Source: Syncephalis fuscata S228
Taxonomy: Eukaryota; Fungi; Zoopagomycota
DNA length: 64,000 nucleotides
Reading direction: 5' to 3'
Assembly: GCA_025786725.1 (NCBI GenBank)
Contig: JAHLTZ010000006.1
Coordinates: forward strand, 744,001-808,000
Part shown: positions 11,510-24,890 of the stretch, in pieces
How positions within the stretch are numbered: the stretch's first letter is position 1
Layout of the letters: each line of letters opens with the position of its first letter
Position numbers and translations under genes: made by a program
Notes under the pieces: generated by a model
Databases searched by the model: none
What the model was told of the DNA's origin: nothing
What the model saw: the letters and a program-made list of their open reading frames with translations, nothing else

Positions 11510-14500
11510 ATGTCTTTATCTAATCAACGAAGACGTGGCAAAAAGGCCACTGGCTTACTTCAGGTACAGTAACAAGGAATCTCCTCCTTTGGTAGCTGTT
11601 TATTCGTATACTATTAAGCTTTACTGATGCTGTATTCCACGTTAACGCTAGGTCGTAATACTTCAAGTAATGCTTAATGTGCCGGCTACCAAACTATATG
11701 TGCGATTATCTCTTGGTGGCAAGTAAAATGTTTAGTTATACGCTGATTTATTCATATTGTAAATACTAACTCTAATATTACCAATATCTTTTAAATATTA
11801 GACCAGATTTATCAAACTTCCGTTTCAGAACAAGAGACTGGTCGATGGCATGAAGGATTTGAATTTGATGTTTCCTTTCATAATCAACTATTTGGTGTTT
11901 GTCAAGTAAGTGTTTATATTATCTATAGCCATTTACTATACTAACATTCTATATATATACATATGTAGTTAGACTTGTATGATATGCGATATTTACTGCC
12001 AGATAGACATTTAGGACGAGCCGAGATTTCTTTGGCACATCTTAGATCCATGCCTGATCAATTTACTACGTAAGTTGATGTATAGCCATCTAACCTGCGT
12101 AACAATATGTAATAACGGCCATCTGCGATAGATTCTATGAATTCTGGGATAGACGGCATACAGTGGCCAATTTAGGACAGGCTGCATTGACTCGTACATT
12201 ATCGTCTAATTTAGGAGCAGTTCAAGTACGCATTGGTCATCGATTTACACAACCGACCAATCGCTATTCTATTGGAGCAGATTTTCATATTTTATCGGCA
12301 TCGCCTAGCATGTACGCTCATTTAGATCAACGATTTCAGCGCCGTTTACGAGCAGCAGTATCTAAAGCGGCTGAACGTGAATTCATTAAAAATGAACAAG
12401 AAAGCGGCGATGATACACCGGCCGATGGTGATCAAGCAAGCTTTCAATCGTTATCTGACGATGATAGTCTAAATAATGAACTAGAAGAACAGAATCTAGT
12501 TGATTTTAGTGGTATCATGTCTCGTGGTGAAAGTCGTATTTCAAATCGCTCTATTATGGAATCTCTTAGCAATTTACTAGTAACTGAAGAGACTCGCCAA
12601 GTATTAAAGGCTATCATGCGTCTTTATATGATATTTGTAGGTTTTAATCTATTTAATAGGTTGTTGTATTTATAGTTTATTAGGGACAAGGTTTAGAGGT
12701 GGGCCATGTAGAATTAATGGCTGGCAGTTCTATTCTACGTAGTTATTTTGCTCAAGTGCCAATGTAAGTGTTTAGCGTATATTGTATATTTATTCAAATT
12801 AGATACTGATTAATTGTATTTAAGAATACGAACTGGCGATACAGTAGATAGATTAATTGACATTGATTTACCAGCTCATTTCTATCGCTTTTGTATGGCA
12901 TCTTATGTAAGTGATTAATATTCATAACTATATTGCAATTGTTCTAATAGCTGTATTAAACGATAGGGATGGCGTGGATTGAACTTTTTTGGTAAAGGCA
13001 ATGGCATTATTAGAGGTATGTAGATGCAATTACTATTCTTTCTATATGTATATGCACTAATAATATCTAAATATAATAGATTCAATTCGAAAGCATTCTG
13101 ATGCAGCCAGTGTTCGAGAATATTTGTCATTAGAAGAAGAGGATCTATTGGCTTACGAATTTAATGGCAGCTTAGTATTCCGTCCTAGTTATTTTATAGG
13201 TACAGCTAAAACGGTTATTTAAGTACTTGATATTTATTAAAGTATATAGCTCGAGATAAAGAAACCAATTCTATTGTACTATGTATTCGTGGCACTATGG
13301 TAACTACAAAATGATGATACTGTATAGTCAATAACTGATTAAAATCAATGATATAGAGTATTATGGATACATTGACTGATCTAGTATGTGACTATCAACA
13401 ATGGAAGGGTGGTCTGGTACATGCAGGCATTCTATCAGCCGCTCAATGGTTCTTTACCGATGTAATACCACAGATGCTTGCCTATTGTCGACAACATGAT
13501 GTACGGCGTATACGTATTCTTGGTCATTCACTAGGTGGATCCACAGCAAGTGTACTTACTATATTGCTAGTGGATTATTTAAGAATGCTTGATAATATTG
13601 ATGCCGATGATGAATATGAAGGAGAGACTGAACCAATTAAACAATCTAGTCATAATGAACAACAACAAGAACAACAACAACCGGAATCGCTACAAAATGC
13701 CACTACTTCAACGAAACCTACGGATAATAACCGTAAACGAAAATCGACTATGAAAAGTAGACTTCTACCGGGTGAAATGGATGTACGCTGCTACTCTTAT
13801 GGTGGTGCATGCTGTGTATCTCTAGATATTTCACGTCAATATACCGATGTCATTGATGCCTATGTACTGGATAACGATCTAGTACCACGTCTTAGTTATG
13901 GCAGTGTAATGGATTTGAAATCAATGATGCTGTGTGCAGCTGGTCTTACCGATCGTCCTTACGAGGAGGTCGTTTCTTTTGGTGTAAGCTATTGCTCAAT
14001 TGGCTATTAAATCGATATGTATGGCCACTAATGTTCTTTTCTTCATTCTGTATTTGGCTATATTTAGTTCCTATCCACTAAAGTGACAGAAGAAGAATGG
14101 CAATCACGCTATCAAATACTGGATGCTTCACGTCAACGATTGACCAATCAAGATACACCACAGAACCCAAAGGTAATTAACAGTACTTGTATTATCTATT
14201 TATTGATGTTTATTATGTAAATATTGTAGCTTTTCCTAGCTGGTACTATCCATCACTTGTATCGTGAATTATCGCACGAATCACCGGCTACTCCGATGAA
14301 TAGTATCGGTCGTAAAAGTAGACTATCTAGTATAGATGGACAGGGCACCTATAGTGCATCTAGTGGTGATGCTATTGCTGAAGAGCTACGTACTGCTCCT
14401 CTTACTGCAGAGCCGGTCCATAAGCAAACAGCGGAAACAGTACAGTCAGCAACCAATGAGCCTAGTATGCGTATGGAAACATCAGATACACTCAAGTACT

Positions 14501-14625
14501 CCGAGGTACTTATTGCTCCTAATATGTTCTTAGATCACATGCCTAGTGCCTACGAAGCAGCCTTTGAACAAGCTAGACAATGCTTTATTCGAGATGCAGC
14601 TACTACTAGTGGGATAGCTGGATAG
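11510..14625 (+). CDS. Class 3 lipase / diacylglycerol lipase-like protein with N-terminal C2-like domain
   Basis: IVLCIRGT, VHAGIL, GHSLGG nucleophile elbow, DLVPRL and DHMP catalytic His. N-terminal beta-rich C2-like exons; many introns. Confidence 0.9.
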
Positions 14626-15754
14626 TAAAGAGCGATAAACCAGCAGCAAACAAATTAAGGCAGTTTTATGATACTTTATGCTTTGTGAAGCAAAACAATT
14701 TTGAATAAATAAATTAGTAATTAATTAGTATAGTTGGTACTATTTATTGTATTTTAATTGAGCAAATAAAAGATTATAGAGTATTGGATGGTTACAATAG
14801 CTATTAAAGTGTGCAATTATTAACATCGATTACTAATGACGAAGCCTTGATCAAGTTATTGCATGACATCATTGAGGCCGAGCTGTTACAATAATTGACG
14901 TCAATAAAATGTCATATGCTTTCTGGTTATTAATATGGCATTACTGACACATTTATCACTGATATTGTTTTTTGGTCAAATACAAACAAGTTTGCACAAG
15001 TTGCTATCCTTGAATATGTCCCTCGTACTACAGTAACCATTTGTTCTACAAGCTAAGCTATATTAGAGGTCCTATGAAGTTTCAAAAAGGGGGCTTAATT
15101 TGGACTACAGCTAACACGTGGAACCAATCGATATCGGAACTTTGAAACACAGCAGTGTAAAGGATTCGGGCCTTTTACAACAGTATAGTAAATTTGCCTT
15201 AGTACTGAGGAGCTGGTTCACGTCTATATTTTTATTTATTTCTTGAGTATATTGTTTATTATAAAATATTTACTATAGAGTGGAATAAACGAACACTGAT
15301 ATAGTGGAGATACAAATTAATAAAATAGCAGTCAAGTAGCACAATCTTTATAAAACTATGTGCTTCACCATTACCAAATCGGTGGTGTAAACTAGTACTA
15401 CTCGTGCCTAGCCACATGCCAATTACTATGTGGGAATAGGTCGGGTCTAGAATAGAATTATAAATACCAGTGTACACTGCCTTTCTTGTTTGCTTAAATT
15501 ATTTGCTCCGCTTTTTTATTTTGTTATTTACTTTGGGTATCTACCTTTAGTATTTCTTTACTATTGTTATTGTTGTTGTTATTGCTGTTGCTGTTGCTTC
15601 TGCTAAAGCTTTAACAACTTCTTTATAATAACTCTAGTTTGATTTTATTTATCCATTTTATACAGCTATTGCATCAAAAGACGTATTCGTATTTTTGTTG
15701 TCAATCTACACTTTGCATTAGATAGCAAATTGATTTTATATTCTATTTGCCATC

Positions 15755-17464
15755 ATGATTCAACACGTCTTGCTATTGGCGTCCATGGCAGGACTGGCGG
15801 CAGCCAAGTGCTGGAAGCCATCTCCAGTGCCGGCCAACTCTAATGTTATTTCGATTTCGCATATTAATGATGTCCACGCCCATTACAGTCCATTTAACAA
15901 ACTTGGCAATGCCTGCACCGCTGAAGACATCGCTGCCGGTATCTGTTTGGCCGGTGCTGCTCGCCTAGTTACCGTATTTAATGAACTAGAAAAGCGCAAT
16001 CCTAACAATACCTACAAATTGGTGGCCGGTGATGAATTCCAAGGCACTGATTTCTACTCTCGGTCCAAAGGCAATATTACCTCCGAAGTAATGAACTATA
16101 TAAACTACGATCTAATGACCATTGGTAATCACGAATTCGACGATGGTCCAAAACATTTGGCCAAGTTTTTCAACAAACTCAACTTTCCTGTAGTCTGTGC
16201 CAATGCTAATTTCACGGGCGAGCCAGAACTCAACGCTATCGTCAAGCCGTATCACTATTTTGAGCGCCATCAATTGGCTGTCATTGGTTTTATCACCAAC
16301 ACCACCGGCTATATTTCGAATTCCGGCCCCAATATCAGCTTCACTGAAGCAGCACCAGCTGTCCAGCGTGTTATTGACTTATTGCACGCTCAAGGTATCA
16401 AGCGTATTATTGCTTTATCCCATAACGGCTACCATGAAGACATGGAAGTGGCAGCACGCACTCAAGGCTTAAGTCTTATTGTTGGTGGTCATAGCCACAC
16501 TTATTTGTCGCCAACACCCGGTGAAGAAGGCAGTGGCGGTCTTTATCCAACAGCTGTTAAGGGCACCGATGGACAAACAACTTATGTGGTACAGGCAAAG
16601 GCATGGGGCGAATACATTGGTCAGCTTGATTTGGTATTCGACGATAATGGCCATCTTGCCAATCTAACCGGTGCACCAATTCATCTAACGCAAGACATTC
16701 CTGAGGATCCAGAGATGAAGCGTATGGTGGATGCATGGCGCGTGGATCTTGACAAGATTAGCAAGCAAGTAGTTGGCGAAGCTACAGGAGAATTTGAACA
16801 AAATAGCTGTCAAGCAAAAGAATGCGATATGGGCAATTTGCTATCCGATAGTATGCTTTATTCACGTCGTGATAATCGTGAAATGCGCGCGGCCATTAGC
16901 AATGCAGGTGGTGTTCGTGCCGGTATTGCTGCCGGTCCTATTCGTATGGAAAATGTCGACACCGTACTACCATTCACCAACTACTTGATGGACATTAAAT
17001 TGACAGGCAAGGAATTGCGTCAATTATTCGAGGATGTATTGGCCAAGAAGAATCGTGAATCTGGCAAGGGTGTTACAAGCTTTGTTCAAGTTTCCGGTCT
17101 TTCTGTGTCTTATGATTTACAGCGACCAATGTATGATCGTGTTACTGATTTGAAGATTCGCAAGATTGGTGCCGCCACCGGTACAAATGTCCATCCTAGT
17201 GATCCAAATGCTTTTGAAGCCGTATCACCCGATACTATCTATTCACTTGTCACACTAGAGTTTTTAGTCAATGGAGGCGATGGTCTATTTGCCAAGTCGC
17301 CAGTACACGAATCAGGCCGTGATACACCTGCTGAAACCCTTGTAGAGTATTTGAAGGATGCCAAGACGGTAACACCTGTTAAATCACATACTCGCCTAAT
17401 CTCTGCCAACAATGGTCTTGTGCCACGTTCATTAACAGAAAGATCTATCCACATCTTTTCGTAG
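15755..17464 (+). CDS. Secreted 5'-nucleotidase/apyrase (metallophosphoesterase + 5'-NT C-terminal domain), intronless
   Basis: Signal peptide; motifs HINDVHAH, AGDEFQGT, GNHEFD, LSHNG, GGHSH, NAGGVR and FLVNGGDG. Confidence 0.95.
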   Translation: MIQHVLLLASMAGLAAAKCWKPSPVPANSNVISISHINDVHAHYSPFNKLGNACTAEDIAAGICLAGAARLVTVFNELEKRNPNNTYKLVAGDEFQGTDFYSRSKGNITSEVMNYINYDLMTIGNHEFDDGPKHLAKFFNKLNFPVVCANANFTGEPELNAIVKPYHYFERHQLAVIGFITNTTGYISNSGPNISFTEAAPAVQRVIDLLHAQGIKRIIALSHNGYHEDMEVAARTQGLSLIVGGHSHTYLSPTPGEEGSGGLYPTAVKGTDGQTTYVVQAKAWGEYIGQLDLVFDDNGHLANLTGAPIHLTQDIPEDPEMKRMVDAWRVDLDKISKQVVGEATGEFEQNSCQAKECDMGNLLSDSMLYSRRDNREMRAAISNAGGVRAGIAAGPIRMENVDTVLPFTNYLMDIKLTGKELRQLFEDVLAKKNRESGKGVTSFVQVSGLSVSYDLQRPMYDRVTDLKIRKIGAATGTNVHPSDPNAFEAVSPDTIYSLVTLEFLVNGGDGLFAKSPVHESGRDTPAETLVEYLKDAKTVTPVKSHTRLISANNGLVPRSLTERSIHIFS

Positions 17465-17739
17465 AAAATAATTTATAAGCTACTTGATAGATATTTCGCA
17501 AGTTATGTTGAAACAGCTAACCAAAACAAGTCGATGAATAGTAATAAACAAATACTTTGACTTTTAATACTTTTACAATGTAATAGTACTGAAAATACAT
17601 TAAACAAAACAATATTTGATTTACATTGATCATTAATCTAACAATTACTTAAACACACACACATATATATAATGAAACAAGGTGACATATATAGTATTGT
17701 ATTGGATAATAAAAGTCGATTTTTCTTTGACAATATATA

Positions 17740-20700
17740 TTAGTCCCAGTCGGAATCTTCATCCTATAAACAACTTTTAATACTAAATTCGTTTATGTTT
17801 TAATAACATATAATACCTCATTTTGTTCCTTTTTCGCCTCTTCTTCTTGAGCCTGACTAGTAGGTGGCTAAACAAACACAAATATTACAATTATAAATAT
17901 AGATTCACTAATATGCAGTATATATATTATCTACCTTCATGCCTGGACGAAGCATACCCATTACAGGTGCCTGACCTGTTTGTGCATGAGCAAACATGGC
18001 AGCCAATTTAGCTACACTTCGGTTACCGCCACCGCCATCACCACCACCTGCAGCAGTACCAATAGTGTTGGAGCGAGTCTCTTCAGTCATAGTAATTTCA
18101 GCTAAATATTAATTAGTTGTTATTGTTATAATAAGATTTAGTAATAATTACCAGCAGTTATACTTGATGTTCTAGCAATAGTATTTCCCTATTTATTGCT
18201 ATTATTAGCCAGTGTTTATTTGTACCATAATAATGAATAAAGCATACCTTGGCTGCTTTACGTGCTGCTAGTTCTTTCTTCCAAGCAGGTATTTCAGCCT
18301 CACCATCGGTGGAAGCCATAGGAATAATACGCACTGGTTCTGGTTCTGGTGCTGGCTCTGGCTCTGGTTCTGGTTCGGCCTTTTGACTTTTAGATGAAGC
18401 TGGACTGGTAGCAGAAGATAGAGACGGTTGTGGTGATGAAGTGGCCGATAGTGATCCAGTAGAAGAAACAGTCAATGGTGACGGATCGGCTTCTACTGGA
18501 GGGGCCGGCATAGGACGACGTGCAGGTGGTGGTGGCCGTGTAGGTGGTGCCGTTTTAATTTCTTTCAAGTAATTAGATGGAGCCCATCCTTCTTTGCCTT
18601 CGTGCTTGACTAGCCACCAGCCATTTTCGTTCTTTTCAACAATCTCTACCTTGATACCTTTACTCAACGACAGTTCACTAGCATCTTCGGGTGTAAAGTC
18701 ATACAATACTTCACATAATAATACTGTAGGAATAGTAGGTAGAGCAGCCGATGGTGGCGGTGGCAATGACCTAGGTGGTGCAGCTACAGCTACAGGAACA
18801 GCAGCCGGAGTAGGTGCAGCTACAGGGGCAGGGGCGGGTGGCGAAGCCTTTGCCTGTACTACTGGCTTAATAGGCGGTGTAGCAGTTTGTGTAGGTACAG
18901 GAGCTGGTGCAGGGGCCGGTGGAGTAGCATTAGCTCTGGCAGCCATTGCTGCTACTACTGCATCCATACCACCAGCTTTGGGTGCCGGTTTAGGTGCTGG
19001 TGGAGTAGCAGCAGCAGCAGGTACTGTAGCTGTTGGTATAGCTGGTGCAGCCTTTGCCGATGAAGGTGAACTTGATACATCATTGGATACACCACCTGAT
19101 CGTGGTGGCAATTGAGGTATAACGCCAGGTGTTGATGTGGCCACTGGTGCAGGTGCAGCCGGTTTGGGTGCAGGAGCGGAACGGCGAACTGGCATTTTCT
19201 TTATAAACAAATACCGTAATTAATATAAATAAGCAAATATAATCAATAATTACTTACTGGTGGTGCAGGTCCGCTGGGCTTTAATAGTTTTCCGCTTGTA
19301 ATGGGTCGTGCTGGTGCATCATTTCTAGCACAGGGTGGATCCGAGACTAGTCAATACCAATTACTGTTATTACCACATGTGTATCATTATTATATGCTTC
19401 TGATTAATAATTACCACTAGTAGCTGGCTGACCAGTTGCCACAGAAACAACATGACTTTTATACGATTCATGTATGCCTACTGTCTCGTTCTTTACAAAC
19501 TTTAATACTGCCGTTTTACCACCAGCCTTTTTAACATATGTGATTCTATTTACACGTTAAATACTCTACAGCTGCCGGTTATAAAACTTACTCTGGTGCA
19601 ATCGCCACCGAAATGCCGCCTTGTGTATATTGAAGGAAATAGGCTACAAGTTCGGTCTTGAATATTGTAAAAAGTACCAAGTCAATTTCCATCGATGTAT
19701 CTTTCAAATGAATAACCTAATGTGTTTTAATTAGTATCTTTATTATAAACCATTAATTTATCGCTACTAATTACCATCGCATCATCTTGAAGTGTTGACA
19801 GACTGATATTGCGAATATTTGTTAATGGTGTTTTCCTTTCAACACGCATAACTGGTAGCTTATTCTCCAATTTGGTAACCACAACGTAAAATGCAGCCGA
19901 GGTCTATTATGCAAATAAATGCACTATTAGCAAATATACGTAACAAACAATTACTGATCTAATTTGCCTACCAGTACAAGAATACGTGGACTAGGCTTAC
20001 TCGATCGAAGTGCTCGTGCGGCTAATATCTGTCCTCGTGCACTAAATGCTACTCTTTCTTGCGCTATACACACATTAATTACTAAAAATCTATTTACATG
20101 TAGTTATATGTTAAACCTACCACTAATACCGCAGATATTACGCAATGCTTTACTGTTCTCGCCCCAGCCACCAACTTCCAAGTAATCACCGAAATAGCGT
20201 CGCATCTAATAAGACTGTAGCGACGGCGTTCCTTACGTCCAGCCAATACTTGATGGCCATAGTCGCGCATTCGTATGTAGGCCAGCTGGTCTTTATTCTT
20301 GCGGAAGCAGCGTTGAATACGACGAGCACACTCATGCTTGTAGCGCATATAGTTACGGAAAGCACGTTGAATACGCATGGCCATGTTATGCCAGTAACGT
20401 TCACGTAAATGTTCCAATGCCCATAGCTAATCATCAATAGTGTAATAATACAATAGTAAATTAGTAATTAATTTTATATTAATAATAATATAATAACGGT
20501 TTTACTAACCGTTTCTGGATGTCGAATAAAACACTTGGTTACACCCATTTGCCATTCATCTGGATTATATTGACATCGCGTAAAATTCTTTCACATCCAG
20601 ATTTTGCATCTCCATTCCAGATATATTCACCGGCATAGGATGTTTTGGATGATAGTAGATAGAATCTATTAGTATAACAAAATATTGATACATCAATAAA

Positions 20701-23700
20701 TATATGCTTCTATGGATGTATTCGCTTACCGTTCAAGGAACTTTTCAAATGTTTGTCGAGAGGCAAATCCTGCTCGTCTAATGCGTACATTTTCCTTTAA
20801 ACCAAGGTATTTGATCTGATGCATTGCCATTTGCTGATCGTATTCTTTAGCACTCTTATTTGGATTTGGTTTAATGCAGCGAATGTATGAAGGTTGGGCC
20901 TGCATAAGATTGGTAACTAGTGCTGCAGCTGATGTCTAAACCCATTATAGTTGGCTACTAATTCATGTATTTGCCACAGCAATAGTAATTACCTTAATCT
21001 TGTCACTGGCAGTGGGTGGTCGTTTCTTCGAGTCTCGGTCAATCTTTTCCGGAAATAGCTCCTTCAGATATGTTTGCTGGCTTGATTCGATTAAATCAAG
21101 TATATCTCGCACCAGTTGATCTTTATTCTTATCCGTCATGCCCTTGATATCGTAGCTTACATCGCCTAGTAATGAATGGACTATAAGTAATCGGTAGCTC
21201 ATTTAATTGTTGGTTGATAATTACCAGCATAGTGGCGAATAAGAATTGTTGACCACGCAGTTGGAAATGAGCATTTGAAGCACAACCGGCCAATCGCTGT
21301 ACAAGTGAGTTATCAGCTGCACCTGAATCAGCATGAGCTGTGGCACAAGCATCATTCATGGCAGCGAATACACCAGGTGGTCGACGTTCTTCAATTAAAT
21401 CGCATACAATTCTATTAAATAGTTGATAAATAACCTTTAATAACGTCAAATAGCTTACTTGTTATTAAAATATTCGATTGGAGTCTAAATAATAATATTG
21501 CTATTAATTATTTATTAATCAATTTCTATTTGTCATAACTTACCCATTGAATCTTTTCTTGACATATTCTTCTTGTTCTGTCTTTAATGTCAACTGAATG
21601 AAGATTTGCTGTAACTGTAATTCATGCATTATTAGTACGCAGTTATGCTATTATTACTATTACTAGCTATTACCTTTTCATTCACGTAGTTGCTGATAAA
21701 AAATACATAGTTTCATTAGTAAAAGTATATGGTTAGTTATTAGACTTACATGCAGAGCTGTTCAAAACTATTATGCTATATTTAGTAGTGTACTATTGGT
21801 TAATTATAGTAATTTATATTTAAACGCTCTAATTTACCTCAAATATTTCAAACCATAAATATCCAATACACCAATAATATATTCTGATTTACTGCGTTCT
21901 TTCATAGCCAGGTTAATCCTTGTTACAATCCATTCAAACATGCGATCATAAATTGCTTTTGATAAAGCATCACGCTGTGCCATGGCCTATTAATTGAGTA
22001 ATTGGTTAATAGTCGATTAGTTCTATTTACTAAATCCTGTATTTTATATTATTTACCTGACTTGGATTTAATGGTACATCATACATTGAACCACGCCGAC
22101 CACCGCGTTGAGTCTCAATTGTTCGATTTAATAAAGCCTAATTTTTAATGGTCAGTACATACATATACACCTATTGGTATACAAGTTATACTCGCCTTCT
22201 CTAATAGCTCCGGTACAACCTGCATTAGATTGGCCACATATGCAGTAACTATACTCGATATTACTAATCATATTCTATCAAGTATGATTACTATACCATT
22301 CGAGTCGGCGATCTTTGATGAATCGTTATCATTTTCCTCAAACGTCACATTGCCTAACCATAAAATAATGGCCAACATTTTGTGAATATCATCTTGTTCC
22401 TGTTTGGTTAGACCAATAACTTGCATTGCTCTCTAATTATTCAATCAACTGATCAGTATTATATAATAACAGTAGTATATCTATTATTTACCAGTGTATC
22501 GGCATAATCAACAATATCATCAATGCCATCAACGTCTAGACATCCAGCCCCATTGGTATATGTATAGCCTTCAGGACCCGTAATTCCCAAATGATCTATT
22601 TATAACGGTGTTTAATACTAATTCATTGTATGGTACTTCAACGTACCTCGGTATTCTTGACTGGCTCCTTTAGTAAATTGATAGAAAATGTGGAAATTTC
22701 GTTCGTTTCGAATCTGTCCCACTACGCGAGCCTTTTCCAATAGATAGTTAGTGATGCGTGCACCTATTGGTTCTCGTTGTCCATTAAATAGAATTTCTAA
22801 ATATTTGCCCTTTAAATCATTCAATGTGTTAATTTAATAGATAGTAGATAATAGATAATAACACTAAATATATTTTATTACACTTACATGCCGACTACTA
22901 TTATTGTTACGCAATGTTTTGGCACATCCAAAGCTTTCTAGCAATGGATTAGTGGCCAGTACCATGTCTTTTATTTCTTGAATTGAGGAAGAGCCTTGAC
23001 CGCCACTCACAGATGCAATATATTGCATAATCTATTATTGTCTATTAACATTGTACCATTTTATTAATGTGGCAATTACCTTTTTGGCTGCTTCTGTTTT
23101 ACCAGCACCTGATTCTCCACTATCAATGTTATATACTTGTTAATAACAATCTGTATTTATATCTCACTACATCTCACCTAATAATTACACATTGATTCTC
23201 TTTATAACTATGCATTTTAAAATAAGCATTCTCAGCAATGGCAAATACATGTGGTGGCACCTAATAATAATTATAATAATACAATTAGATATGTAGTATT
23301 TAATCAACTGTAACTATACTTGCCTCAAGTATATTCTTGCCAATATAATGTTGCAACACTTCATCTGTGTAAATACCCAAATCTCTGAATGGATTAACGC
23401 TAATAAGCACATGACCGATATACGTCTATATTTCATCAAATTATTATTCATTATAATATGTAATACGACTACTATTAAAATACAGAAATACTTACATAAA
23501 TTTCTCCATTTTCAAAACGTTTCTTTAAATTGTCATTGATAGTATCTTCGTTCACTTTCGACAGCAGTGTAAGGTCAGACACGCCTACTTGTCGCTTTGT
23601 AAAATTCTCCTTCCAGTCGGCCTTGGCTGGTGCACGCTACGTACCGTGTGTGTGGGTCAGTGTTTGTCGCGCCAATATGTAGACGGCCACCTACCATTGT

Positions 23701-23706
23701 CGCCAT
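17740..23706 (-). CDS. MYO1: Class I myosin (motor, IQ, TH1, SH3, acidic CA tail); >25 introns, several 1-nt indels
   Basis: GESGAGKT P-loop, [29 protein letters not shown] motifs, SH3 ([14 protein letters not shown]), C-terminus EDSDWD*. Confidence 0.97.
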
Positions 23707-24890
23707 AGTTGAAAGTGACAGCGCTTTGAAAGAGTGACAATTGTACCAAAAGCTAATAGAGACTAGATGCTCGGCAATCTTTTAGTCAAACAGCTGTAGA
23801 AACAATAGAGAGATGACAGTGCGGAACAATAGGCAATGAAATGTGGTAGTTGACGCAATAAAGTGGCGGGAATAGTATTGAGGTGTCGTAGTTATAGAAG
23901 TAACAGAAGTAGTAACCGCAGGTACCCTTGCCATACACACATGGTGTGTGTGTGTGTGGTGTGCGTGTGTACCGTTAATAATGCCAGATGGTTACCGTGG
24001 TGAAGATCCAGAACACATTAAAACATGTGATTTTATTATATGCCTAGTCTATTAGCGCTTTATTACACTGTAATAAATTGTCGAATTAAATTGAACCATA
24101 TGGCTATTGCGCACTTGAGGAAATGTTTTGATTCTATTTATCTATGTGAAAGTGTAGATGTAAAATACAATGGCGAGTATTTCATTTTCATTATATTATA
24201 CATGTATATATTTATTAATACCAAATGTAATACTTTGTATCATTAGTTATATACTAATACAATTACTACATGCTAACATTTAAATAAATCTATTAGATAG
24301 TGTTAAATAAATACACATTATTAATCTACACAAACAATACAACATTAATGGCACATGCATTTGTATAAATAAATGAATAATCGTCATACTTTTAATTGCA
24401 TTAATATAATAGAAATGCAGTATCTCTGCATCCAAGCATAAATAGTAGGAGTGAGAGAAAAGATACGTCAAATGCTACAAAAACTAGACGCTTTTAAATG
24501 CACTAGGTGCCGATAGAATAGAAAGGGAAGGAATAACAATCGGTCTAGTACAAAGTGTATGAGGATTATTACCATTACGGAAAAGAACGCTTAAATCAAA
24601 ACAGGAAAACGATAAAGATTCGAAATGCAAAGTGACGATGTATAAATAATGGAAACGTGCTGCCTATTCGCTTCCATTGCATCATCATCTTCATCATTAA
24701 TATGATAGCTGATGTGCAGGGCAAATTCGACAATTAAATGCTTTGAATAAGCGCAGACTAATAATAATAAACGACTAATGAAAAAAGGAAAAGTCAATCA
24801 CCGATAAGTGTTGTTGACCGATAAACACGCACACACAATATGAAGTCCAAACAACAAATAAAAACATGCATAGCTATCCACAGTCCAGTA

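Noticed and set aside
18594-19115. 173-aa Gly/Ala-rich + strand ORF and similar shadow ORFs (e.g. 29808, 57348, 58400)
   Set aside because: These are antisense mirrors of real low-complexity coding exons.
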